64,000 nucleotides of DNA, from contig NIVC01002046.1 in NCBI GenBank assembly GCA_002269645.1, forward strand, positions 27,922 to 91,921, read 5' to 3'. The notes beneath the pieces are model-generated. The model saw only the letters and a program-made list of their open reading frames with translations, had not been told where the DNA came from and ran no database searches. Source of the stretch: Macrostomum lignano. Lineage: Eukaryota. A program made the position numbers and the translations under genes. Positions 44,680-58,595 of the stretch are shown here, piece by piece. The first letter of the stretch is position 1, and each line of letters starts with the position of its first letter.

Positions 44680-47120
44680 GTGCTTTGTTAGACTGCAATA
44701 AACGAACCACAACTTTTGCGCATTGGAGTGCCTTGTTGGACTGCAACAAACTAACCACAACTTATTGCCCATTGGAGTGCCTTGTTGGACTGCAACAAAC
44801 TAACCACAACTTATTGCCCATTGGAGTGCCTTGTTGGACTGCAACAAACAAACCACAACTTATTGCCCATTGGAGTGCCTTGTTGGACTGCAACAAACAA
44901 ACCACAACTTATTGCCCATTGGAGTGCCTTGTTGGACTGCAACAAACTAACCACAACTTATTGCCCATTGGAGTGCCTTGTTGGACTGCAACAAACAAAC
45001 CACAACTTATTGCCCATTGGAGTGCCTTGTTAGACTGCAACAAACAAACCACAACTATTGCGCATTGGAGTGCCTTGTTAGACTGCAACAAACAAACCAC
45101 AACTTTTGCGCATTGGAGTGCCTTGTTGGACTGCAACAAACTAACCACAACTTATTGCCCATTGGAGTGCCTTGTTAGACTGCAACAAACAAACCACAAC
45201 TTTTGCGCATTGGAGTGCCTTGTTGGACTGCAACAAACTAACCACAACTTATTGCCCATTGGAGTGCCTTGTTGGACTGCAACAAACAAACCACAACTAT
45301 TGCGCATTGGAGTGCCTTGTTGGACTGCAACAAACAAACCACAACTTATTGCCCATTGGAGTGCCTTGTTGGACTGCAACAAACAAACCACAACTATTGC
45401 GCATTGGAGTGCCTTGTTGGACTGCAACAAACTAACGACAACTTATTGCCCATTGGAGTGCCTTGTTGGACTGCAACAAACAAACCACAACTATTGCGCA
45501 TTGGAGTGCCTTGTTGGACTGCAACAAACAAACCACAACTATTGCGCATTGGAGTGCCTTGTTGGACTGCAACAAACTAACGACAACTATTGCGCATTGG
45601 AGTGCCTTGTTGGACTGCAACAAACTAACGACAACTATTGCGCATTGGAGTGCCTTGTTGGATTGCAACAAACTAACGACAACTATTGCGCATTGGAGTG
45701 CCTTGTAGGACTGCAACAAAACAGCTATTGCCTATTAGAGTGCCTTGTTGGACTGCAACAAACTAAACACAACTATTGCCTATTAGAGTGTCTTGTTGGA
45801 CTGCAACAAACTAACCACAACTATTGCCTATTGGAGTGCCTTGTTGGACTGCAACAAACTAACCACAACTATTGCCTATTGGAGTGCCTTGTTGGACTGC
45901 AACAAACTAACGACAACTATTGCGCATTGGAGTGCCTTGTTGGACTGCAACAAACTAACCACAACTATTGCCTATTGGAGTGCCTTGTTGGACTGCAACA
46001 AACTAACCACAACTATTGCCTATTGGAGTGCCTTGTTGGACTGCAACAAACAAACCACAACTATTGCGCATTGGAGTGCCTTGTTGGACTGCAACAAACA
46101 AACCACAACTATTGCCTATTGGAGTGCCTTGTTGGACTGCAACAAACAAACCACAACTTATTGCCCATTGGAGTGCCTTGTTGGACTGCAACAAACTAAA
46201 CACAACTATTGCCTATTAGAGTGCCTTGTTGGACTGCAACAAACTAAACACAACTATTGCCTATTAGAGTGTCTTGTTGGACTGCAACAAACTAACCACA
46301 ACTATTGCCTATTAGAGTGCCTTGTTGGACTGCAACAAACTAAACACAACTATTGCCTATTAGAGTGCCTTGTTGGACTGCAACAAACTAAACACAACTA
46401 TTGCCTATTAGAGTGCCTTGTTGGACTGCAACAAACGAACCACAACTATGGCGCATTAGAGTACCTTGTTAGACTGCAACAAAACAGCTATTGCCTATTG
46501 GAGTGCCTTGTTGGACTGCAACAAAAGAGCTATTGCCTATTAGAGTGTCTTGTTGGACTGCAACAGAACACAGCTATTGGAGTGCCTTGTTGGACTGCAA
46601 CAAAACAGCTATTGCCTATTGGAGTGTCTTGTTGGACTGCAACAAAACAGCTATTGCCTATTGGAGTGCCTTGTTGGACTGCAACAAAACACAGCTATTG
46701 CCTATTGGAGTGCCTTGTTGGACTGCAACAAAACACAGCTATTGCCTATTGGAGTGCCTTGTTGGACTGCAACAAAACACAGCTATTGCCTATTGGAGTG
46801 CCTTGTTGGACTGCAACAAACGAACCACAACTATGGCGCATTGGAGTACCTTGTTGGACTGCAACAAAACAGCTATTGCCTATTGGAGTGCCTTGTTGGA
46901 CTGCAACAAAACAGCTATTGCCTATTAGTGCCTTGTTGGACTGCAACAAAACAGCTATTGCCTATTGGAGTGCCTTGTTGGACTGCAACAAAACAGCTAT
47001 TGCCTATTGGAGTGCCTTGTTGGACTGCAACAAAACAGCTATTGCCTATTGGAGTGCCTTGTTGGACTGCAACAAAACACAGCTATTGCCTATTAGAGTG
47101 CCTTGCAGGAGTGCAACAAA
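44680..47120. repeat. 48-49 bp minisatellite (shortening to about 40 bp at the 3' end), core TTGGAGTGCCTTGTTGGACTGCAACAAA
   Basis: About 52 units; source of the 504 and 449 aa artefact ORFs. Confidence 0.96.
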
Positions 47121-48089
47121 CTGGACTGCACATAGCTACTGAGCTGGGGGTTATAGCTGAAGTCAAGCATGTCAAGCATGGGGTCAAGTATGTACTGACG
47201 TGTTAAAGCGAAAGCAATTTAATCAATAAGTCAAACAAATAAAAAACGCATATAGTGATTGCTTTTTAAAGAGAGCTTTAAGTTGAGCTTGGTGCTTAAA
47301 ATTTCTAAATCCTTATATTGTTAAACCTTTGTGTTAGTCGATGCAGAAACAGAAACGAGAGCTTTCTGTTAGCCTATCCAACCATTAAAATGAGTAGCTA
47401 AAGTATAACAAAGCCACACTAAACAGAAAAAGCCATTTAGATTCAATTCGGAACGCACCGCATTCGACACAAAAAGATTGATCAACATAGCTATTGTTCG
47501 CATTTCTGCTTCCTTTGTTGCTTTTTTTGGCACAGAAAACAAGTGATACCTTTGATAGTAGTGATATTGACGTGTACAGACTGGCGATAAAGAAATTAAA
47601 TAGAGCACAAAACGCAAAATAAACACAGATTTGACATACAGGAGCTGTTAGCGAAGTATAAAAAACTGGGGTAGTGTGCAATGCAAAACAAAAATTCATA
47701 TACTCAAAAATTATTTCGATCCGGTTTTGTTCATTAAAAAACGAAGAAATCTGATAAAAATTTCTCTATATGTATGTCGTTTTACTGAGATTAGTAGGAG
47801 ACAAAGAAGAATAAAAATAAGGGAAAAAAACAAAAAGTCCTACTAGAACTTTGGATCTAATGTGCAACATATGAATATCTATAAAAAATTTATAACGAAC
47901 TTTAACACACGGCGATTAGATACAAATATAAGAAAAAAGCACTCCACAGCACTTCATTTCGGCATAGTCAGTTTAAAAAAAACATGACGTATCACTTACT
48001 AACACAAGAATCTCAGCAGCATTTCCATATCGCTATCACTAGGCGTCCTATTATTTTTTGTTAGAAAAAATGAACATCAAAGTCAGAGC

Positions 48090-51000
48090 TTAGTCGACTT
48101 TCACGGCACTATAGATCTTCCTAACGAACCAGAACGCGGCGAAGAAGCCAATGGATCCTGCAATTTGAGAGGATTAAGTGCGCGTTAAGTGCATGTAAGT
48201 GTAAGTCATGTGCTTCAACATCTCAATGAGCAACATAAGCGCAATAGGAAATCTTCGCGAAATCCATTTAGAAAACACAAATCTGCTGGTTTAAGCGTTG
48301 CAATGCACTCTTTAATAATATCTTTTTCAATTTTTCATTTAAGAAACTTGTAAATCTACCTTAGAAGAAATATATGCTTCTGTAGTAAAGGCACAGTTTA
48401 AGGGGTAAACGAAGATTTGCTTTTACGCTACTATTAGTAGTGTCAGTCCCAGAAATGTCAGTAGACAGTTTAGGTAAGGTATTGTGGGATTTCCTGCAAG
48501 TAAAAAGCAGTTGGGGGCCCTTGTTCGTCGGGATCGTCTAGGCTTCAATTCACGTGATGGGATTAAAGAACGGCAGGAACCTGACGGCAGCGAACTACCA
48601 AATCCCTAGCATGTAATAAAATTCCACTAAAAATAAAATTAAAATAACCAATAGCCTACACATGTAGGCTAACCCCAAGGTGAGATATTTGGGAATTAAG
48701 TGCTGAGAAAAAAACAGTTTTATAATCTCCTTATTGCCATTTTGCAGCAAAATTTGCACTGGATTATTACCACAAAGGAATTATGCGACATTGTGTCACC
48801 ATAAAACTTTGTTTTTCTCGTGGTAGGATTAGGAAAAAGTGCAAATAAACGTGAGGAAAAAACTTCAGCAAAGAATAGTTAGTGAGCATGCATCCAACTC
48901 AATCAAATGCGAGCCCCTCTCAACGACAGTCAGAAACAACAATAGGCCGTATGCAGAAAGCTTAGTCCAGACTAGCTAGTCCGGACTTGGGTAGTTCAGT
49001 CTATAGTTTATGGTCTAGCTACCTTAGTTCTGTCTATAGTAGACCGGTCTGACTTTGTGTTTCTGCATACCAAATCCAAGTCCAGACTAGCTTTTCAAGA
49101 CCGGACTACCCTAGACAGAGCTTTCTGCATACGGCCTAATATGTTGATTCGCTTTAAATGCCGTTTATATTATGCACCTCTGCCACACGGCGCGTACTCC
49201 GGGAGAACTCAACAACAATATTTGCTATAAGCCACTTGCTTAATTCCCGGTCGAAATCACGCGCGACAAGCCCCACCCCATGCCAATAATCGCCGTGCAC
49301 GACTGTCAAAATTAATGCAGAGAGTCGGACGCCTCAAGATCAGACGGCCAAAAGGCTTCAACTCAAACGTTTGAAACAGATACCAAACGAAAAAATGGCA
49401 CAGTTATTCTGACGCTTTAAACAAACTCAGTGCTACACACTAACTCACCGGTAAGTAGAAAGAACAGCAGCACAATGATGAGAGTGTAGCCAAAGTACAG
49501 AAATATCGAGGCGCCGCCAACAATCTCCATTTTGGCAAAGAAATAATGCACCGAATAGATGAGCAGGTACATAGCGGTGCAGCCGGAGGTGAGGAAAGCC
49601 CTCCACCACCAGTTATAGTCCTCTGTGCACAGGTGGAAATAGCACAGCAGGATTGTGGCCTCCGAGCAGGTCACTAACAGGATGATGAACACCAAGAACA
49701 GGAAGCCGAACATGTAGTACACCTGTGTTTGGATGGCATTGTTGGGATCATGCTCATGATGCTGATGGTTTCCGGCCAGGCCTAGTGCGGCTAATTGAAG
49801 ATTTCTCCTGACTAATTGAAGATTTCCCCTGACTAATTGAAGATTTCTCCTGACTAATTGGAGATTTCTCCTGACTAATTGAAGATTTCTCCTGACTTAT
49901 TGGAGATTTCTCCTGACTAATTGGAGATTTCTCCTGACTTATTGGAGATTTCTCCGGACTAGATTTTCTTTACTCAGTAAATAGTTTACAGAATTAGCAT
50001 CAGCCAGGCCTAAAAAACATAATAAAAATATTAAAACTTACATCGGGCCCCCATATGGAATTGAGTATAAAGAATAGCTGGATAAAGATGCAGCCAAACG
50101 GCAGTATGCCGCCCATTAAAATTCCAGGCAGAGGTCTAGTATAGAACGACTGTTCCGGCACCTGCCTCGGAATTTGATTGGTGCGCACTGGTACACTGAT
50201 TGGTGGCTGTTTAAAACCGAAATAAGCTCCGAGAAAGCAGAGCGGCACGGACACGCCAAACCACAGAGCCAGCATAGCAACAATCGTAGTGAATGGCACC
50301 GCAGCTGAGCTGCCCTGCTCCCAAAGTACCAGATTGAGCACCAAAAAGATTGTAAAGACCAGGCCGGGGCACAGCAGGGCGGTTAGCAAAACGTGCAGTT
50401 TCCAATGAATACCCCCGAAAAGTTTGTAGAGTCGAGCCGAAGCGAAACCAGCCGGTGCGCCAAGCAGGACGTACAGCACCAGGGCGCAAGTCATTAGGGC
50501 GCCTCGATTAGCTGGGCTTAGAAAGCCGAGACAGGCAAATGTCAGAGTGATTAGAGTCATGCACAGCATCTGTACGCCATTGCCAATGAATATGCATAGT
50601 AGCATGCCGTTTCTAGGGGTCGAAACACGTCGCCGTGGACCAGCTTCCAACCGAACTCCTCTTGGGCGTCCTCCTTTTTTGAGGATAAGAAACTTTGGGG
50701 TCTCAAAACATTCTTATTGGCTGAGAGCATGAATGTACACATTCTTCTAGAGTTTTCTTACCCCCCCCTGTAGCCTTGACACTTGATTTCTATTGGCTGA
50801 GAGCATAAATGAACATTCTTCTAGAGTTTTCTTACCCCCCCCCTGTAGCCTTGACACTTGATTTCTATTGGCTGAGAGCATAAATGAACATTCTTCTAGA
50901 GTTTTCTTACCCCCCTGTAGCCTTGACACTTGATTTTTATTGGCTGAGAGCATAAATGAACATTCTTCTAGAGTTTTCTTACCCCCCTGTAGCCTTGACA

Positions 51001-54000
51001 CTTGATTTCTATGGGCTGAGAGCATAAATGAACATTCTTCTAGAGTTTTCTTACCCCCCCCTGTAGCCTTGACACTTGATTTCTATTGGCTGAGAGCATA
51101 AATGAACATTCTTCTAGAGTTTTCTTACCCCCCTGTAGCCTTGACACTTGATTTTTATTGGCTGAGAGCATAAATGAACATTCTTCTAGAGTTTTCTTAC
51201 CCCCCTGTAGCCTTGACACTTGATTTCTATGGGCTGAGAGCATAAATGAACATTCTTCTAGAGTTTTCTTACCCCCCCCCTGTAGCCTTGACACTTGATT
51301 TCTATTGGCTGAGAGCATAAATAAACATTCTTCTAGAGTTTTCTTACCCCCCCCCTGTAGCCTTGACACTTGATTTCTATTGGCTGAGAGCATAAATGAA
51401 CATTCTTCTAGAGTTTTCTTACCCCCCTGTAGCCTTGACACTTGATTTTTATTGGCTGAGAGCATAAATGAACATTCTTCTAGAGTTTTCTTACCCCCCT
51501 GTAGCCTTGACACTTGATTTCTATGGGCTGAGAGCATAAATGAACATTCTTCTAGAGTTTTCTTACCCCCCTGTAGCCTTGACACTTGAAATATATTGGC
51601 TGAGAGCATAAATAAACATTCTTCTAGAGTTTTCTTACCCCCCCTGTAGCCTTGACACTTGATTTCTATTGGCTGAGAGCATTAATGTACATTATTCTAG
51701 AGTTTCTTTGTAGCCTAGACACTTTGATTTGTATAGTTGAGGGTATGAATGTACACTTTTTTAGTTTCCCTATCCCTATTTACTAGCCCAACAATTTGAT
51801 TTTTATTGGTTAACAGCCTAAATGTACATTCTTCTAGAGTTTTCTTGCCCCCCCCTGTAGCCTTTAGACTTGATTTCTATTGACTGAGAGCATGATGCAT
51901 GAATATACACTCTTCTACATTTTACCCCCGACAGCCAAGATAGTTTATTTTTATTTTTATTTTACTTTTTATCTGTTTGGCGTTCTAAAACATATAAGAA
52001 AAAAAAATTCTTTCTACTAACCTGATCGCTCTGACTATTGTAGCGGGAAATGTCCCTGTGCAAATTGCGCAACAAAACCATAGCAACCATTCCGCTAAGG
52101 AATACTACAATTACTAGGCTATTAAGAATGCTGAACCATTGGACATTCGAGTGCGGCATCGTGTCCAAAATGTAATCCCAGCGCGAGCTCCATTTAATCG
52201 AATCGTCTCGTACAAATTTAACCGAATAGGTGTAAACTATGCTTATACTGTTGAGATCTTCGTTCGAGTCATCGATGGGCAACATCAAAGGCGGTAGGTT
52301 AGCTTCATCGCACGTAGGAGCGTCATTATTGATCTGGTTCAGACTGCGAAGAGACGCCTTCACGGAAATTATGCGACCGCCCTCGCCGGATAGCGTTGAG
52401 CCCCACTTCTCAGACTGGCTGCCGTGGTAAGTCACTTGCAGATGGACGTGGTTGAACAGGTAGAACGAATTTCGCGTTGAATACCTGCGGTGTTGAGTAA
52501 ATTATGAATGAATGAGCGAGATTGGTAACCCGAATGATGCCCTAGCAACTGAGGATCTGGGAGGCTGGCCCAGCAACTGACACTCTGGGAGGCTGGCCTA
52601 GCAACTGACACTCTGGGAGGCTGGCCTAGCAACTGAGGATCTGGGAGGCTGGCCCAGCAACTGACACTCTGGGAGGCTGGCCTAGCAACTGAGGATCTAG
52701 GAGGCTGGCCCAGCAACTGACACTCTGGGAGGCTGGCCTAGCAACTGAGGATCTGGGAGGCTGGCCCAGCAATTGAAGATCTGTGAGGCTGGCCCAGCAA
52801 CTAACACTCTGGGAGGCTGGCCCAGCAACTGAGGATCTGGGAGGTTGGCCCAGCAACTGAGGATCTGGGAGGCTGGTTCAGCAACTGAGGATCTGGAAGG
52901 CTGGCCCAGCAACTGAGGATCTGGGAGGCTGGTTCAGCAACTGAGGATCTGGAAGGCTGGCCCAGCAACTGAGGATCTGGGAGTCTGGCCCAGCAACTGA
53001 GGATCTGGGAGGCTGGCCAGCAACTGAGGATCTGGGAGGCTGGCCCAGCAACTGAGGATCTGGGTAGCTTAAAAACTTAGCTTTAAATAGCGTACAGGCT
53101 ACAGCTCAAACTTAGATAATTAAATTATACTCCGAGACTACCTGCTGTTAGACGAGCAAGGATCGGTTCTCTGTCCCTTTTCTGGCAAATAGCAACCGAT
53201 GGGAAAGCCTGGCGCACAGTACTGCTGATTAGTAGTGGTGGTGAAGCACCAAGTCACAGGCAAATTGTCAACAATCCAATGGTGCTGATAGTTCAGTTTA
53301 ACTCCCTGCTTAAGAAATTTAAACTGTTTAGACTTTTCCGGGTCATTTTTTGTATAAGTTTTAGTGCAGATTTTTTTGCAGGCAATGTCCTGCATAAAGT
53401 GCAGGCTGTAGGGACTCGGGCGGATCCGTTCGCCAAATACAACTTGGCCAAGGTTTTCAACTGGGCTGGAGCCGCTGGATACTTGGCAGAAGTCGAATCT
53501 GAGGAGTTTTGGTTTAGGTATTTTTCAATGCAAAATTTCAACAACAAGCAAGGTCTATTGATGACAGAGAATTCTGAACAAGCACTTACTTGTCATATTC
53601 ATACGGTAGCACAGATTGCGTTGAGTCCAACCGATTCACAAACAAGGGTATTTCAGACTGTGACAAATTTTAAGTAGGGAAATGTTGGTATTAGTGTCTT
53701 TGAATCAGTCTTTATTCTACTTGTAAATAAACTTGTAAATGTCATAAGATAATGTTCTAGTTTTTTATATTGCTTCAACCTATAAAATTGTAAATATATA
53801 TATAAACATTATTCAATATAATTACTTCTCTCATGTAGCTAAAAAGTTCCTAAGGAAAACAGATACAAAATCACCTGTAGAAAAAACAATTTATTGCATA
53901 ATTTCTAATGATTTATTTGAGTAACAACTTGATATATAATATAATTTATAATATGATATATATGAGGTTAATTGGTTGGTTTTTAGAATGAAAGCAAACA

Positions 54001-56050
54001 TATTCTACATTTGGAATCTATTCTAGAATCTCTAGAATCTTGAAATTTACTAATTTGCATTCATTTGAATTTGAAAACCTGGTATGCACTGGTATGCAAA
54101 AGGCAAAAGGGATAGAAAGTACCATGGTAGAATGGAATCATGCATGGTATAGTATTTATTATGAAATTTGCTATCTATAATAATTTGCTGTCTATATATG
54201 TAAATAAATCACAACTATAAGTTTAGGTATATAGGAAAAATAAACTTTAATTGATCAAGTCACTAAATAAAATGAAGCAAAAATACATTCTAAAAATAAT
54301 GATTAGGCCTACATTTTTTAAAATTCAATTATTGTATTAAATCTATAATTCTGTCATACTCCATATATAATCAAAAGGGTTAAGTGCTAGAATAATTTTT
54401 TGGAGAGGATCTATATGTTGTCTTACCTGTCTATACCATTTGCATGCTATTTCTATGTGGTATTTCTATATCTTAACTAATAAAAACTATGAGTATATAA
54501 AACATGTAGAAATTTAACAGTTGAAAACTCAAGTTAAAAATTACATTAAATAACAAATTTGCCAAAAAGTATACACTGCATGCATCAAGGACCTTAATGT
54601 ATATTATAACTTAATTATTGTATCCATAATGCATTAGGGAACCTTTGTATATGCCAACATTTTCTATCGAAATGGCTACCTTCTTGGCTATGGGCTGTAC
54701 TAAATATAGTAGCATGCAAAAGTCTTGAGCAAAACTATGACTACTGAGGCATTATTTGCATCCGATAGTTCGGAATACCCTGAATGTATGCCAGACTAAA
54801 ATCTCTCACAATTTTTTTAGTACGCGAGTGTATGCCAAATTTTTCCAATGCAGAAAAAATTGTAATCCTGGAAGAAAATAAGGCTTGTTACAAGCTTTGT
54901 TTCTAGTGTTGCAAAGCACCAAAGGACCTTTTTTGCTCCTTTGTTCCACTTTTTTGCTTTTTCGCTGATACTCTTTACAGTGGGAAGTCAATATATGCCA
55001 AGATTTCTTCTTTCATTCTTTCAAAATAATTAATTTCTATCTAAATTTACTTTTATTTCACAATTTGATTCTGCAACTATAGAAACATATATGAACAACT
55101 TCAAAATTTTACTGATCTAGTGCAACTTAGTTTTGTCCAGATTTGTGACTTAGTTTCTCCCAATTGCGACTTAGTTCCTCCTGATTGTGATTTTAATTTT
55201 TTACTTTGTATATGACTTTTTTTTGCCTTTTTCTCTTTTTTTCTCTTTCTCTTTCTTTCTCCTCTTTCCCCCCTCTCTCTCTTCTCTCTCCTTTCTTTTC
55301 CTTTTCTCTTCTTCTCTTTTCTTTTTTCTCCTAATTTTTAGTTTTTTTTACATTCAATTTTCAATTTTGATTTTGTGACTTACCCTGGCCAGTGGCCATT
55401 TCACCCGTCCAGTTTAGACAAGTGTTAGGCATGTATGTATAGGAACATATTTGCCACTTTTTCACTATCCATTTTTATATGCCAGATAGTATGCCAGATT
55501 TAAAAAAAAATAAAATAATTGTATGCCAAGTGTACACCAAAAGTTATGAGTATACACTGGATTAATCCTGCGTATTACCCCTCTTCTGGACTATGCTATG
55601 GGCTGCATCTTTTGCATGCACTACACATGCAGCACATATAGTAGGCATACAGATGAATTTTCTGGCATATACCACACATGATCTAGACTGATAAAGTAGT
55701 AAAAATTTGTCTTTTCTAAATATTATGTTACAAGGCATACAAGCAGAGGTCCTTTTGTTTAAACAAATATAAAAAGACCAGGTTAATATGATAAAAAATA
55801 CTAGTTTTTTTAAAAACCACAATAAAATGAATTCCAAATTCTATGCTCAATTTATTCGCTATTTCTGTAAGACAGAAATATCGCCAAAACACAAATGAAG
55901 TTAATAATAAAACAAGAAAAATATGCATACCTTGCAGTTGGGTTCGTCCTTCTGACAATAGTTCACAGGTGCTAATCCTGGCAAGTAAAAAGCTGCAACG
56001 CAATTCGACATATATAATATAACCAATGCTGAAGCTAGCGATCTAGCCAT
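48090..56050 (-). CDS. TM9SF2: Transmembrane 9 superfamily member 2 (nonaspanin), about 660 aa; exons 56050-55931, 53657-53590, 53498-53142, 52484-52022, 50673-50042, 49722-49449, 48157-48090; one-base frameshift at 50616-50619
   Basis: Signal peptide then [128 protein letters not shown] and C-terminal KIYSAVKVD. All intron phases are consistent. Confidence 0.95.
48944..49137. mobile_element. 194-bp MITE in the last TM9SF2 intron
   Basis: Perfect 19-bp TIR AGGCCGTATGCAGAAAGCT / AGCTTTCTGCATACGGCCT. Flanks fit an AAT target duplication (or TA if the TIR is read one base shorter). Confidence 0.88.
49790..49962. repeat. 21-bp intronic minisatellite CTGACTAATTGGAGATTTCTC
   Basis: About 8 units. 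Confidence 0.9.
50710..51900. repeat. 63-65 bp intronic tandem repeat with 3-unit higher-order periodicity
   Basis: Unit GCTGAGAGCATAAATGAACATTCTTCTAGAGTTTTCTTACCCCCCTGTAGCCTTGACACTTGATTTCTAT; variants recur every three units. Confidence 0.93.
52545..53066. repeat. 28-bp intronic minisatellite AGCAACTGAGGATCTGGGAGGCTGGCCC
   Basis: About 18 units. Confidence 0.93.
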
Positions 56051-57148
56051 TTTTATTTTCAATATACACAAAACTATAACCGTTTGTCACTGGCGGTTGG
56101 CGGGTGGGAGATTGAGAAGGATTCTGCGAAAATATAGCGGCGGTAGTAGTGGTAATGAATTAAGTGATACGGTAATTAATTTAACTGTAAAGTATGTAAC
56201 TCAAAAAGTTATTTAATTGTACATAAGCAAAAAATTAATGACAAATTTGTGTAGCTTTTAAAGCAAAAGTGCTGTTAGTCTTAAAATAAACTATGATTTA
56301 ACTGCTAAACGAAATTCTTTACAAAACGATTTTGTTAAAACTATTTCACGCAATCAAATTAAGTCCTTCGTTGTCGTAAAAACATTAGCGGAAAATTTGT
56401 CTGTATTTGGTCGGGTTCACTATGACCATGACGATCGACTTGTAGGATTTTTATGCAACACTTTTATCTGGCTTAATTATTCGCTTTACTTTTAGCTTTG
56501 ATCAAGAGTACAGTACGAGTAACATTAGAATGTTGTATTATATTTGTGCATGCATTTTACATGTACAGTACAGTAAATGTAAGTTCCATTCGCGCGACAC
56601 TTAGGACTTAAATGTAAATCCTACTTAGAAGTTGAATATAGTCTTCCAGTGACCAAGCGCGACAAGCGTCGAATTTTCTGATTGGAGGAGACGATGTTCC
56701 TGCAAAAACATAATAAGCGCGTTGAATGTACGTCTGCGATTGGACGTAGAGCAAGATAAATGCGGTTATGTACATGTACATGTGTGTACATCAGCTCACC
56801 GATTTTATCAGACTGACATAAATCATAGTTGAAACCCATTAGTATTCATTTCATTATACGCGAAAGTTTGGCCTGACGAAGAGCCCAAGAGATATAGCTA
56901 AAAAACCGCGGTTGCATATTTTGGAATTCAATTTATTATAAAGTTTAGGTACGTACGTAGTACATAAGTCCATAGTACATAAGTACGTGAGTCCAAAAAC
57001 CAAAATAATGTTGGACATTGCTAGAACTTTCGGAGTTATGATATTTCGGGTTTGTTCCTAGGCCAAAGAAACGAAATCAAGTGGGGATTATAATATTTAA
57101 TTGCCGCAGCCAGCGGGAGGAAATGAGACTAAGCCTCGGCCATAGACT

Positions 57149-57170
57149 ATTGGCTATAAAGCTCTATAAA
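57149..57170 (+). promoter_or_regulatory. Candidate promoter of the recombinase ORF: reverse CCAAT box plus two TATAAA boxes
   Basis: ATTGG at 57149-57153; TATAAA at 57155-57160 and 57165-57170; 60-75 bp upstream of ATG 57229. Confidence 0.35.
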
Positions 57171-57228
57171 TCCGAATATTCTGTGTAAGATCAGAAAAGC
57201 TTCAGTTGTGTGTAGCTTGATACCGAAT

Positions 57229-58595
57229 ATGGGTGAAATCTCTGCTGCTGTCGTTGTTGAAGCCCCGCATATGGAGATTTCGCCGGACCTACTGGATTTC
57301 ATCCTGAATCCCGGGGATAACGCTGGACCTATTGAAGCCGCTCTCACTGGCCGGTTTGAGCAACTTTCGGAGAATGAAATTGCCAGACACATTGAAGAGA
57401 CCGTGCCCAAGACCACCAAGAAAAAGGCGCAGTGGGCCTTTTTTCCGTCTTCCGCGAGTGGCATGACGAGAAGAAGCGTGCCTGGGCGATGGGTGAAGGC
57501 CCGTCACTTATGGTTCTCGCTGAGCTGGAGGATGCTAGCAAATGTGACCTGAATTACCTGCTGAAATTTTTTGTTATGGAGGCCCGGAACAAAGATGGTG
57601 AGCGCTACTCTGCGCCGACGCTGAAGGATCTGTATTCAATGCTACAGTATCAGTGGCAAAACACGTTCAAGGAGAATTGGAGCTTCTGGCTTGACAAAGA
57701 GTTCGCCAACAGTAAACGTGCTCTAGATGCCGCCATGAAAATCTCGACCAAGGCTGGAAAGGGTGCAGGATTGCGGAAGGCAGATGTGATCCCCGAGTCT
57801 ATTGAAGAGAAGCTTTGGATCGAAGGTGTGCTTGGAGTGAAGGAACCCAAGATGCTGGTGATCACGCTTGTTTGGCTCGTTGGCAAACACTTTGCATTGC
57901 GTGGTGACCAGGAGTTACGAGATCTGCTGTTCGATCGCCAAATCAAGCTTGAGACAGCTGACGATGAAAAGTGTCTGAAGTATGTGGACAATGCCGTGAC
58001 CAAAACTCATCAGGGCGGCTTACAAGGACTACGAAGGGCCCCCAAAGTCGTTCGTGCTTTCCACACTGAGAATCACCAAAAATGCATTGTATGCGTCTAC
58101 AAGCAGTACGTCTCTGTGCGTCCTAATGAGTGCAACGAGGCGCTGTTTCTGGGATGGAATCGAAACTGGAATGGCCAGCCTGGATCTGCCTGGTTGACAA
58201 GGGCACCGATTGGACGTCATTCATTGGCAACCGTCGTCAAGGACGCCGTGGCCGTGGTTGCTCCCTCTGACACTGGACGCTACTCGAATCAGAGTCTCCG
58301 TAAGAGTTGCGCAACCCGCCTCGGCGAGGCTGGTATGGAACGGGCGGATATCTGCCGTGCGACTGGCCACAGCTCCAGTGCAGTGGAGAAGTACATCGGT
58401 ACCTCGGTGACCATGGAGAAACGCACGAGTGCACTGTTGAGTGGTTCCTCAACCGGCCAACCGGTGAGTGAGTCTCGGGTGACTGCGGCGCAGGTGCAAG
58501 TGCCCTTGCCTCCTCTGGAGGTGCGGGCTCCTACGAAGAAAATGCGCATAGAGGCTTTTGGAGACAGCAACAGAGTGGTGTTCCACTTTGATTAG
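57229..58595 (+). mobile_element. Crypton-type tyrosine recombinase (DUF3504 / KCTD1-ZMYM-QRICH1-like YR domain), about 455 aa, with a frame change at a T6 run (57439-57444)
   Basis: VPKTTKKKAQWA..VFREW, LNYLLKFFVMEARNKDGERYS, FALRGDQE (Arg-I), KTHQGGL, CIVCVYKQY, PIGRHSL, SNQSLRKSCAT (HxxR position), TGHSS and EKY (Tyr). Intronless. Element ends not identified. Confidence 0.82.

Noticed and set aside
44680-47120. CRISPR-like alternation of a constant hairpin core and a variable linker; 504 and 449 aa ORFs
   Set aside because: Linkers are variants of one another rather than unique spacers, there are no cas genes, and the context is eukaryotic.
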